DNA of 41,176 bases, from the IMG/VR virus record IMGVR_UViG_3300000117_000003; one strand, written 5' to 3'. Of this stretch, positions 16,848 to 26,000 are shown piece by piece; position 1 is the first letter of the stretch; each line of letters begins with the position of its first letter. The DNA is from a virus. Below the pieces are notes generated by a model, which was not told the origin of the DNA, ran no database searches, and saw only the letters and a program-made list of their open reading frames with translations. Both the position numbers and the translations under genes were made by a program.

Positions 16848-16937
16848 TTAAATAATAATTTGAGCTTCAATTAATATGACTAAACAAAGTTTAAGTCCTA
16901 CTAATATAAACATGGCTTTTTGTGTGTTACTGAACAT
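16848..16937 (-). CDS. Possible 29-aa hydrophobic peptide
   Basis: ATG 16937 is preceded by GGAGGAAG. Translation: MFSNTQKAMFILVGLKLCLVILIEAQIII, with a single TM-like stretch. Confidence 0.3.
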   Translation of the reverse strand: MFSNTQKAMFILVGLKLCLVILIEAQIII

Positions 16938-16967
16938 CTTTACTTCCTCCAGTTATTAAACATAATA

Positions 16968-16991
16968 AAACCCACTCGATTGAATGGGTTT
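16968..16991 (-). terminator. Candidate intrinsic terminator or attenuator within the leftward block
   Basis: AAACCCA pairs with TGGGTTT (7-bp stem, 10-nt loop). On the minus strand it is followed by a T-rich tract (TTATTATGTTT). Confidence 0.3.
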
Positions 16992-17005
16992 GATATGTTC
17001 AACTG

Positions 17006-17329
17006 TTATTGAGGTTTACCAACATTAATTGTTTCATTGGTGCTTATTGGTCTTATGACATTGCCATAATTACCAACTAAGCATTGATTATAATCACGTT
17101 GACTGATACCAAAACTAGAATTCATCATGTCTAATAACCCATTTAATCTTTCTCTAGTGGTTACGCTTCCCCATCCGCACATATTGATCTCAATATCGCC
17201 ATTAGGTAATCGCCATGCGATTTCATTTCCATGTAAATATAAACTACTGCCATTGGTCATGGTGTTACCAACTGATTTATATTCATCGTTTAAAAATGCT
17301 TTTACTGTTTGCTCTGTTACTTTTCTCAT
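17006..17329 (-). CDS. Hypothetical protein (107 aa from ATG 17329)
   Basis: ATG 17329 is preceded by GAGAGGATAAGAAG. Translation begins MRKVTEQTVKAFLNDEYKSVGNTMTNGSSLYLHGNEIAWRL...GWGSVTTRERLNGLL. It resembles a recurrent phage/plasmid small-protein family that I cannot name. Confidence 0.6.
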   Translation of the reverse strand: MRKVTEQTVKAFLNDEYKSVGNTMTNGSSLYLHGNEIAWRLPNGDIEINMCGWGSVTTRERLNGLLDMMNSSFGISQRDYNQCLVGNYGNVIRPISTNETINVGKPQ

Positions 17330-17397
17330 CTTCTTATCCTCTCTTTTGGTTAAAATTAATCTTAATAAAGCGCACCTGATAGATGCACTTGATAAGA

Positions 17398-17712
17398 TCA
17401 ACTGTTATTGAGGTAATCGGCTACAATTTCTTCACCGATAATGTAAGCGTACATATTAACGACTTTCTCAGGTTCGCTTAAGTCTGTGAATACTTCACCG
17501 AAACAATATTGCTCATAATCTTTGATATGATTAATGACTTCAAAAGCCATATCACCTAACCATTTTTTAGCTTGGTATCTGCCGATAATGTAGTAATCAG
17601 TATTAAAAACTTCATGGTGTAGATCATCTTTGTTTTCTTCTATCCATGCTTCATCAACATCATTTAGAAAATCATTAAAATGCTGTTTAATTTCTTGTTT
17701 CTTATAGTCCAT
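17398..17712 (-). CDS. Hypothetical acidic protein (104 aa), first gene of the leftward block
   Basis: ATG 17712 is preceded by TAACTAAGGGAGAAATCAAG. Confidence 0.6.
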   Translation of the reverse strand: MDYKKQEIKQHFNDFLNDVDEAWIEENKDDLHHEVFNTDYYIIGRYQAKKWLGDMAFEVINHIKDYEQYCFGEVFTDLSEPEKVVNMYAYIIGEEIVADYLNNS

Positions 17713-17929
17713 CTTGATTTCTCCCTTAGTTATTTATATATAGTCTCTCTACTTACTATGAATATAGTATATAGCTATGATTACTAAATGTAAACCTTTA
17801 TCATTAACTAAATTACTAATGAAAACAATTAGTTATCTCCATTTATAAACTAAATGACATCTAATCTATCAAAATAATCAAAATAAGGGAGTTTTGGCGA
17901 CCCATAGGAATAGAAACTATGAGTTTCCT

Positions 17930-18120
17930 GACATGATGATTATCTGAAGATATTATTATCATATATATAATAACTATAAGAGTAATCACCATAAAAACAT
18001 TAGTTATATATAATGCATTGGTATCATATCTCTCTCTCTTCTCCCTTAATGATAACCAATGATAATAATTATTATTATAGATAACTAAAGATTACTAATA
18101 CTAATGATAATCATCATGTC
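17930..18120. repeat. 15-bp perfect inverted repeats flanking a 161-bp AT-rich segment
   Basis: GACATGATGATTATC (17930-17944) is the exact reverse complement of GATAATCATCATGTC (18106-18120). The interior is non-coding and AT-rich and has ATGATAA reiterated. Confidence 0.85.
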
Positions 18121-18130
18121 TCTCATAATT

Positions 18131-18270
18131 AACTTGAGATAACTTATGATCATAACTTGAGATTAAACGACTCCTTATGATCATTTGTTATCTTGAGTTA
18201 GTTTTATGATGACTAATGTTAATGACTAATGTTATCTGATGATGACTTGAGATGGCTAAGGATGGCTAAG
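18131..18270. repeat. Iteron cluster (candidate origin, packaging site or operator array)
   Basis: AACTTGAGAT x2 (18131, 18154) plus ACTTGAGAT (18245) and CTTGAGTT (18192). CTTATGATCAT x2 (18143, 18174) includes the 12-bp palindrome TTATGATCATAA. There is a tandem ATGACTAATGTTA x2 (18209-18234) and a tandem GATGGCTAAG x2 (18251-18270). Confidence 0.85.
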
Positions 18271-18717
18271 GTTAAACCAAGATTGTTCTTAAGAGATATT
18301 ACCTCATCCCAATAAAAATCAGACAAGGACACAAGATTAAGTATCTGTCAACCATAGAAACCTAAGTAAATCAATGACTTATAGGATTCCTACGTTAAAA
18401 AAGTGACTGCAGGTGGGTTAAAATGTTGTCGATTTCAAAAATGTCGCTAAATGCTTTGTTCTTATTTCATTATTTAGGCTTTGTTGAGTAGAGTCTAAAT
18501 TTCCAAAAAACACTAAAAGAGAAACTTATGAAACTTACATTTGAAGAAGACCTAATAAACAACGGTTTCTTCCACGTTCTACCAGAGTTTGAGATACAGA
18601 TATCCAGATTTGAGACTACTAGCAGACCTAAGAACAAACTTATGTCTCTACGGTTTAGCTGGTTATTGTGGTCGATCTGGCTTGAGTTCAACTAATACAT
18701 AAAAAGAGGTTACACAC

Positions 18718-19311
18718 ATGGCACTTGAGAGTGGCACATACATCAACAGTCTAAACGCATCGAACCCAGCAGCTACAGACTCCCTAAGTCAAGCTGACGA
18801 TCATTTACGTCTAATCAAAAGCACTGTTTTAGCTTCCTTTCCCAACGTATCTGGAGCTGTCACAGCGACACACACAGAGTTAAATCTTATTGATGGAGTT
18901 ACAGCCACTACAGCCGAACTTAATATCTTAGATGGTGTTACGTCTACTGCTAGTGAACTTAATATACTCGATGGAGTCACCAGTACGGCTGCTGAATTAA
19001 ACCTCTTAGACGGCAGTACAGCAGGTACAGTAGTTGCCTCAAAAGCCATAGTAGCTGATGGTAACAAAGATATTAGTGGTGGTAGAAACATTACGATTAC
19101 AGGAGAAATAGACGCAGCCACTTTAGACATCTCAGGTAACGGTGATGTCGATGGGACACTCGATGTGGGTGTCTTAGACTTAGGTAACTGGACTATTGAC
19201 CAAGTAGGGACTGACCTACGTTTTCTCTATGATGGTACAGCCAAATTCAAATTAACTTCAGGTGGTGTAATGACTACCGTAGGGGATATCACAGCTTCAG
19301 GAAGTATCTAA
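18718..19311 (+). CDS. Tail-fibre-like / virion protein with ELNxLDGVT repeats
   Basis: Four 13-aa repeats (ELNLIDGVTATTA / ELNILDGVTSTAS / ELNILDGVTSTAA / ELNLLDGSTAGT, about 18877-19020). The same module recurs in the 1225-aa fibre (EELNILDGVTSTAAEINLLDGSSANTVVNSKAVIY). It is the first gene of the rightward late block. Confidence 0.6.
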   Translation: MALESGTYINSLNASNPAATDSLSQADDHLRLIKSTVLASFPNVSGAVTATHTELNLIDGVTATTAELNILDGVTSTASELNILDGVTSTAAELNLLDGSTAGTVVASKAIVADGNKDISGGRNITITGEIDAATLDISGNGDVDGTLDVGVLDLGNWTIDQVGTDLRFLYDGTAKFKLTSGGVMTTVGDITASGSI

Positions 19312-19313
19312 TC

Positions 19314-20927
19314 ATGGGACAAATACTACCAATCAAAGGTTTATCAGACGTAGGTGTAGTCACTGATATAGACCCTGCAAGCTTACCTATATCTGCTTAC
19401 ACTAGAGCTAAGAACGTAAGATTTGATGAGGGTGCAGTATTGAGATCCCCTGTCTTTAGAACAGTTAAAGCCAGCTTAGGTTTCAACCCAAGATACGTCT
19501 ATGGTGTCAACCCTATCACAGGTTACTCTACTGTAGTCATAGCGACTGACACCTACGGCATACAAGAGTATTCTAATGGTTCACTCACAGACAGATCAGG
19601 ATCTATAAGTGCCACTTCAGCCACAGAATTAACGTGGACTGGTACTACTCTAGCTAACATTGTTTATATAAATCGTAGTGATAAAGTTCCTTCCTATAAA
19701 TTGATAGGGGGTACTAATTTTGCTGCTCTAACCAATTGGGACTCTAATTGGAGAAGTGAGTCATTAAGGTCTTATGGAGACTTTTTGATTGGTCTTAATA
19801 TGACTGAAAGTTCTACTAACTATGGGACTAGAGTAAGGTGGTCTAACATAGCGACTGCCAATGCTATTCCTGATTCTTGGGATGCTACAGATACAACCAA
19901 GAGTGCAGGATTTAATGATCTAGTACAAATGCAATCCCCTATATTAGATGGAGCTACTTTAGGTACTAACTTTATTATTTACTCTAAGACTGATGTTTAC
20001 CTAATGGAGTTTGTAGGTGGTACGTTTATATTTAACTTTAGGAAAATCTTTAGTGACATAGGTATCATTAATCAAAACTGTGCTATTGAAATAGACAGTA
20101 AACATTATGTCTTCTCAGACAATGACATCTATGTTCACGATGGTAACAGTAGACAATCCATAGTAGACCAAAGAGTTAAGAACTACATATTTGGAGGTTT
20201 AGATACGTCTAAAACTAACGTATGTTTTGTAGCTAGACATCCAGAGTTAGAAGAAGTTTACTTTTGTTACCATTCAGGTGACGACATGGCTGAGTTTACA
20301 TCGTCTACTAAATGCAACAGAGCAGCCGTATATAACTACAAGAATAACACTTGGTCTTTCTTAGATTTACCTAATGTTTGTTCAGCTACTATAGCTAACG
20401 TAAACTCCAGTGCCACATACGCTAACTCTACAGCCTCATACGAAGCCATAGGTGGCTCATACTGGTCACAACAAGCTAACTTTGATACTCATTGTATCTT
20501 TGTAGGACAAGACAACAGTACCGATGGTATTACCTCAGATAAAATGTATGGATTAGACTTAAGTGACACTGGATCACTTTCGTTTGCTTTAGACAGTGAA
20601 GCTACTAAAGCACCATTCTTAGAAAGAACAGGTATAGATTTAGATGAGTTATCTACTGTAACTGGATATAAAGTTATCAATAAGATATACCCACAGATTA
20701 CTACGAGTAACTCAAATAAAGCATTTGCTTTTAACTTTGGAGCAGCAGATCTAATAGAAAATTCTCCAAACTATGAATCTACAGTGACCTACACTACATC
20801 AACAGATCACAAGATAGACTCAAGAGCAGCAGGTAGGTATTTATCCTATAAATTAACTACAACTGATAACAAAGATTTTTCTTTTATTGGTTTTGATATG
20901 GATATGCTTACTACAGGAAGGAGATAA
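19314..20927 (+). CDS. Virion structural protein, possibly tail tube/nozzle-like
   Basis: 537-aa ORF tightly coupled to its neighbours. The N-terminus (GLSDVGVVTDIDPASLP...AKNVRFDEGAVLRSPVF) loosely recalls podovirus tubular protein B N-termini. The assignment is weak. Confidence 0.4.
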   Translation: MGQILPIKGLSDVGVVTDIDPASLPISAYTRAKNVRFDEGAVLRSPVFRTVKASLGFNPRYVYGVNPITGYSTVVIATDTYGIQEYSNGSLTDRSGSISATSATELTWTGTTLANIVYINRSDKVPSYKLIGGTNFAALTNWDSNWRSESLRSYGDFLIGLNMTESSTNYGTRVRWSNIATANAIPDSWDATDTTKSAGFNDLVQMQSPILDGATLGTNFIIYSKTDVYLMEFVGGTFIFNFRKIFSDIGIINQNCAIEIDSKHYVFSDNDIYVHDGNSRQSIVDQRVKNYIFGGLDTSKTNVCFVARHPELEEVYFCYHSGDDMAEFTSSTKCNRAAVYNYKNNTWSFLDLPNVCSATIANVNSSATYANSTASYEAIGGSYWSQQANFDTHCIFVGQDNSTDGITSDKMYGLDLSDTGSLSFALDSEATKAPFLERTGIDLDELSTVTGYKVINKIYPQITTSNSNKAFAFNFGAADLIENSPNYESTVTYTTSTDHKIDSRAAGRYLSYKLTTTDNKDFSFIGFDMDMLTTGRR

Positions 20928-20930
20928 CAC

Positions 20931-21209
20931 ATGGCAATTAATGAGAAAACAGATGTAGTAACTGCTCGTTATAGCCGTAAAAACTACCCATCTATAGATG
21001 ACAACGTAAAACAATACCTTATTGATGAATTTCAAAGGATAGAAAATACCTTATTGTCTATGGCTGATGCAGACATCCAAACTACAGACAAAGAACCAAG
21101 TAATCCACGGAGAGGAATGGTTAGATTCAATGTCTTACCGTGGAATCCACTGAGTAACAACTCTCAAGGCTTAGTCGTCTACAATGGATCAGCGTGGGTA
21201 GCAGTTTAA
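20931..21209 (+). CDS. Small virion-associated hypothetical protein
   Basis: 92-aa ORF. The C-terminal RRGMVRFNVLPWNP...GLVVYNGSAWVAV is a motif I have seen in small podovirus structural-module proteins. Confidence 0.5.
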   Translation: MAINEKTDVVTARYSRKNYPSIDDNVKQYLIDEFQRIENTLLSMADADIQTTDKEPSNPRRGMVRFNVLPWNPLSNNSQGLVVYNGSAWVAV

Positions 21210-21236
21210 ACATTTAGTATACACAGGAGTAACAGC

Positions 21237-22304
21237 ATGATCGGAGCTATATTGTCATTAGCAGGCGCAGCTATGGGAGCTAAAGGTGCTAGGGACGCAG
21301 GTAAAGCACAAGTTAAAGCAGCCGAAATACAAAACAGAGGCTTTGAGTTTTCTAAACCTTATTTACAAAGAGCATACACAGGCGGTGAAAAAGCACTTGC
21401 TGACGCTTTAGCTACAGGTACATACGGTGGTCAAACTTATGCAGCACCTAATCCGTATCAATATCTAGGTAACGAGTACATGGGGTCACAAGGTTTAGCT
21501 GGTATAGGGCAAGCAGCCGATCTAACTAATACTGGATTTGGATTTGGTCAAAACTTTGCTGATTTATACAATAGATCCAACGCAAACACTATTGGTGCAG
21601 CTCAAGATTATGCTTTAGCTAACTCACAGCCATTTATTGATGCTGCTATGAGAAGCACTAACCGTAGAATAGATGAACAAGTATTACCTTCTATTAATCT
21701 AGGTGCGTCTTCTAGTAATAATACAAATAGCTCCAGAACAGGTATCGAAAGAGCCTTAGCTAATAGATTTAGAGATGATAGATCAGCAGATGTAACCGCT
21801 AATATTAACAAATCTTTGATGGATGATTATTTAAGACAAAGTAACTTACAGTTTGGGCAAGGGTTATCTGCTAATCGTGGGTTACAAGATGTTTACGGTG
21901 TAGGTCAGACCGCCATAGATGCTGCTGGTAACAGAATGTTAGGAGCAGGAGCTAACTTACGAGGCTTTGATCAAGGGTTTATGACAGATCAATACAATAG
22001 ATTTAATGAAGCCAGAGATTTACCGTTAGATTTACAAATTAAATATAAAACAGGAATACTAGACAATACAGCAGTCCCTAATTCCCCACAGAATCCTATA
22101 GTTAAAACTTCTAGTACCGCAGCAGGCGCATTAGGTGGGTTAACAGCAGGACTCGGTTTATATAACCAGTTTAAGAGTGGATTTAGTAACCCAAATACAA
22201 TGAATAACTCAGGAATGACACCAAACACAGGATTTTCTCCTGCTGGATTTGGATATGGCAGAGTAGTACCTCAATACGGTATGTACGGACAACCTATAGC
22301 TTAA
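21237..22304 (+). CDS. Gly/Asn/Gln-rich internal virion protein candidate
   Basis: Hydrophobic Gly/Ala N-terminus (MIGAILSLAGAAMGAKGA) followed by low-complexity G/N/Q-rich sequence. It lies within the structural block. Confidence 0.5.
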   Translation: MIGAILSLAGAAMGAKGARDAGKAQVKAAEIQNRGFEFSKPYLQRAYTGGEKALADALATGTYGGQTYAAPNPYQYLGNEYMGSQGLAGIGQAADLTNTGFGFGQNFADLYNRSNANTIGAAQDYALANSQPFIDAAMRSTNRRIDEQVLPSINLGASSSNNTNSSRTGIERALANRFRDDRSADVTANINKSLMDDYLRQSNLQFGQGLSANRGLQDVYGVGQTAIDAAGNRMLGAGANLRGFDQGFMTDQYNRFNEARDLPLDLQIKYKTGILDNTAVPNSPQNPIVKTSSTAAGALGGLTAGLGLYNQFKSGFSNPNTMNNSGMTPNTGFSPAGFGYGRVVPQYGMYGQPIA

Positions 22305-22316
22305 AAAGAGGAAATA

Positions 22317-23039
22317 ATGGCTAACAATAGAAACTTCACAACACAAGGTTTGGCTTTATACGATAGAGCTAAAAACGCATTTAGTAACCTTAATCAAAAC
22401 CTACAGCAACCTAATCCTTATGGTGGTATTAGTGGAGCTGAAGGTGTAACTAATATTGGTTTAGAAATGTTATCCAAAGCTCCTTTAGGATTGTCGGCAG
22501 CTTTAGGTGCTGCTGGTCAAGCTAAAAGTGGTATAGAAGATTACAACAGGGCTGCACAAAGAGTTGAACAAGAACGTCTTGATAGAATAGAAGCAGCTAA
22601 TGTAGCTAGAGATTTCCAAGCTAACCAAGCTCAACTAGATAGAAACTTTCAAGAAGAAATGTTTGGTCAAAAAACCGAAGCTGCTATAAATGCTGCTATA
22701 TTACAGCGTGAGCAAGATCTGGCAGATAGAGAGTTTGACAAGGAAACTAAGTTAATGTTAAACAATTTAGATTTTCAAAATGATAAAGAACTTGTTGAAT
22801 TAAAGAAAAGTTTAGAAAAGCAAAGCCCAAATGATTTTAGAGTAAAAATATTAAATAGATTGGAAGAAGCACAAAACAACAATCAAGAAGTTAAGTTGAC
22901 TGATGCAGAGCTTGAAATGCTTAACGTATCTTTCCAGACTAATGATCCTCTAACTCAATATTTTCTACAAGAATATAAAAATAGCCAGTTAGTGTCTAAT
23001 TCTGCCCTTGATGATGTTGTTAATGCTAATACACCATAA
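22317..23039 (+). CDS. Coiled-coil virion/internal protein candidate
   Basis: 240-aa ORF, Gln/Glu/Leu-rich and heptad-like (RVEQERLDRIEAANVARDFQANQAQLDRNFQEEMF). Confidence 0.5.
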   Translation: MANNRNFTTQGLALYDRAKNAFSNLNQNLQQPNPYGGISGAEGVTNIGLEMLSKAPLGLSAALGAAGQAKSGIEDYNRAAQRVEQERLDRIEAANVARDFQANQAQLDRNFQEEMFGQKTEAAINAAILQREQDLADREFDKETKLMLNNLDFQNDKELVELKKSLEKQSPNDFRVKILNRLEEAQNNNQEVKLTDAELEMLNVSFQTNDPLTQYFLQEYKNSQLVSNSALDDVVNANTP

Positions 23040-23041
23040 TT

Positions 23042-26000
23042 ATGCAGCAACAAAAATATACTTTAGATCAATTAAAACTTGCACAAACAAACGCACAAAA
23101 AGCAGGTCGTACAAAAGATGTTGAACTACTTTCTCGGTATATTGAAACTCATCCAGATAACGTAAGTGTTGGGGAAAATTTAAAAAGAACATTTTTAGGT
23201 GCTGTCAGAGATACAGCCCAATCAACTCTGGATTTAGCTAAAGATGTTACTAAATTAAAAACTGGAGTAGATCTAAAACCGTATGTATTACCTGAAGTAA
23301 AAGAACCAACTAATTTACCTTTAAGCATGACTAGAGATGTTGCTGGGTTTATGATCCCTTATGCTGGTCTATCTAAATACTATAAAGCTGGTAAAGCAGC
23401 ACAAACTATGGCTGGTAAAATTGGGCAAGCAGCAGTAAAAGGTAGTGTCGCTGAACAATTTGCTTTTAATCCAGATGAAGAAAGGTTATCTAATTTAGTA
23501 CAAAAATACCCTAATCTACAGAACCCAGTTACAGAGTATTTACAGGCTAACCCTAATGATCCTATAGCCGAAAAACGATTTAAAATGGCTTTAGAAGGTA
23601 CAGGTATAGCAATCCCTCTTGATGTTTTATTTAGAGGATTTAGTAAAATACGAAAACGTGGAAAACCACAAGATGAAGTAGTAGAAGTAAAACCAGAAGA
23701 ACAAATTGGAGAAAAACCAATATCTTCAGACACTATAGATGTTACCTCAACAGTCGAACAAGCAAAACAACAAGTTAATCCACAGATACAACCCTCAATA
23801 AAAACTGATACAGATAGTTTTGCTGGTAACATTAATCTTAATAAAATAGATTCACCAGAAGGTGTTAAAAATGTAATTAGAGACACCGCTAAACAAAACA
23901 AAGATTTTATAGAAGCTAGACGAGGAGTAGTACCTTTTGGTAGTCAAGGTGAAGAATTACAAGCTGCTGCTACAGATTTAGGAATGACATTTGATGATGT
24001 AACTAAAAGAAAAATTGGGCAAGCTTTCAATGCTGAAGAAATTTATGCTACTAGAATGATACATAATCAAACTGCAAATGACGTTTTTAATTTAAGTACA
24101 AAATTACAAAAAAAGGTTAAAGCAGGGGAAATTTTAGAAAAACAAGATATTATAGATTTCCAACATGCGGTTACTAAAAACACAGCCGTACAAGAACAAC
24201 TTGCAGGGATGACTGCTGAAGCTGGTAGGGCATTACGCCAGTTTAGAGAAATGGGTAGTTCAGAAGGCGCAATAAAAGCTAGGTTAATTAAAGACTTTTT
24301 TGAAAATGCTCCAGATGAAAATACTGTCATGGCTCAAATTGAAGGTATAGTTAAATTAGCTGATGATCCACAAAAAATGGCTACACATATAAGGAATACC
24401 CACAAAGCAACTACGTTAGATAAAGTACAAGAAGGCTGGATAAATGCTTTGTTGTCTGCTCCCCCAACTCACATGGTAAATATGATGTCTAATGGTTTGG
24501 TGGCAGTTACACAGCCAATAGAATACACCGTAGCTGCTGGATTAGGCGCGTTAAGAAAAAAAGGATCAGATAAAATTACATTATCTGAAGTTGGAGCTAG
24601 AATATACGGTTCAATATTAGGCTCATTAGATGGGCTAAAAGCAGGATGGAAAGCTTTAAAAGATCCCGACAGCATTGAAGACCCTTTAACAAAAATTGAA
24701 GCCAGAAGATCAAATGCTATTTCTGGAGTTAAAGGTAAAATAGCGAGAATACCAACTAGACTTTTAGCAGCAGAAGATGTGTTTTTCAAAGGAATTGGAT
24801 ATCGCCAAGAACTTTGGGGACAAGCCCTAAGAAAAGCTAAAAAAGAAGGTAAGGGATTTAATCGTGCAGTAGAAATAATGGATGATCCTGCCAAAAACTT
24901 TCCTAAAATACATTTAAAAGCCCAAGATTCTGCAAGGATATTAACTTTTACAAATGAATTAGGGACTGCTGCAAAACAGGGTCAGGCAATTTTAAAACAC
25001 TTTCCTGCACTTAGGTTTCTAGTTCCTTTTTATAGAACTCCAGTAAATATTGTTAAATATGCAGGACAAAGAACTCCTCTTGGAAGATTTGGTTCTAAGT
25101 ATAAAGAAGCTATAAAAAAAGGTGGTGCTGAAGCAGATTTAGCAAGAGCCAAAATAATTACTGGAACTTCTACTATGGTGGCAGCAGGCTATTTAGCTAG
25201 TCAAGGTTACATCACAGGTAGAGGTGGGGATTTTAAAGAAAACAATATTCGTAGAGAAACAGGATGGCAGCCTTATTCATTCAAAATGGGTAATGAATAC
25301 TTAACTTATAATCGGTTTGAGCCAGTAGGTATTATGTTTGGTTTGGCGGCTGATTTTCAAGATATTATAAGTAAAGGGCTAGCTGGAGATTTGGAGTCAG
25401 AAGAATTAGGATCTTTATTACTAGCTTCAATCTCAGAAAACTTAACTGATAAAACATTTTTTGCAGGAATTTCAAACGTTATACAAGCTATCAGTGATCC
25501 CGATAGATATGGAGAAGGATTTATCAATAGTTTTGCTGGTAGTTTTGTACCGACAATTTCCGCTTATGTTAGAAAAGGTGAAGATCCATACGTTAGAGAT
25601 GCTCAAGATATAGTTGATACAATTTATAACCGTATCCCAATTTTATCAGAAGATTTACCTATAAAAACAAATGTGTTTGGTGAACCTATTGAATACCCAA
25701 AAGGTGCTGCTCCTGATTTTTTAGGTAATTTAGGTAAAACATTTTCACCTATTAAAAAAACTCAAGAAACTAATGATCCTGTATTTAAAGAACTTGTCAG
25801 ATTAGAAATGACTCCATCTATGCCTAGAAGAAAATTAGGTAATGTGGAACTCTCCCCCACACAATATGCAAGTTTAAATAACGAAATGTTAAATTTAGGT
25901 GTTAAAGAGCAAATAAAACAGCTCCTACAAACCCCTCTTTACAAAGCTTTACCTACTTTTAAAAAGAAAGAAGAAATTAATAAAATTATTAATGAAGGTA

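Noticed and set aside
16835-16850. T3/T7-promoter-like ends, (C)TAAGGGAGA / TAGGGAGA, at 2524, 3555, 3958 and 17884 (plus strand) and 16186, 16838, 17720 and 18040 (minus strand). Also TAATACG...GGGAGAGA at 10582-10612 (minus strand).
   Set aside because: They resemble the -4..+6 part of T7-group promoters. However, the upstream -8..-17 specificity region is not conserved among copies, and most sit 4-12 nt before an ATG, where they act as Shine-Dalgarno sites. I could not define a genuine phage-RNAP promoter consensus by eye; motif discovery (MEME on intergenic DNA) is needed.
18470-18695. Minus-strand 73-aa ORF (18470..18691) and plus-strand 55-aa ORF (18528..18695) just upstream of the late block
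   Set aside because: Neither has a convincing SD and they exclude each other. The plus-strand one (MKLTFEEDLINNGFFHV...) cannot be excluded, but support is too weak to call.
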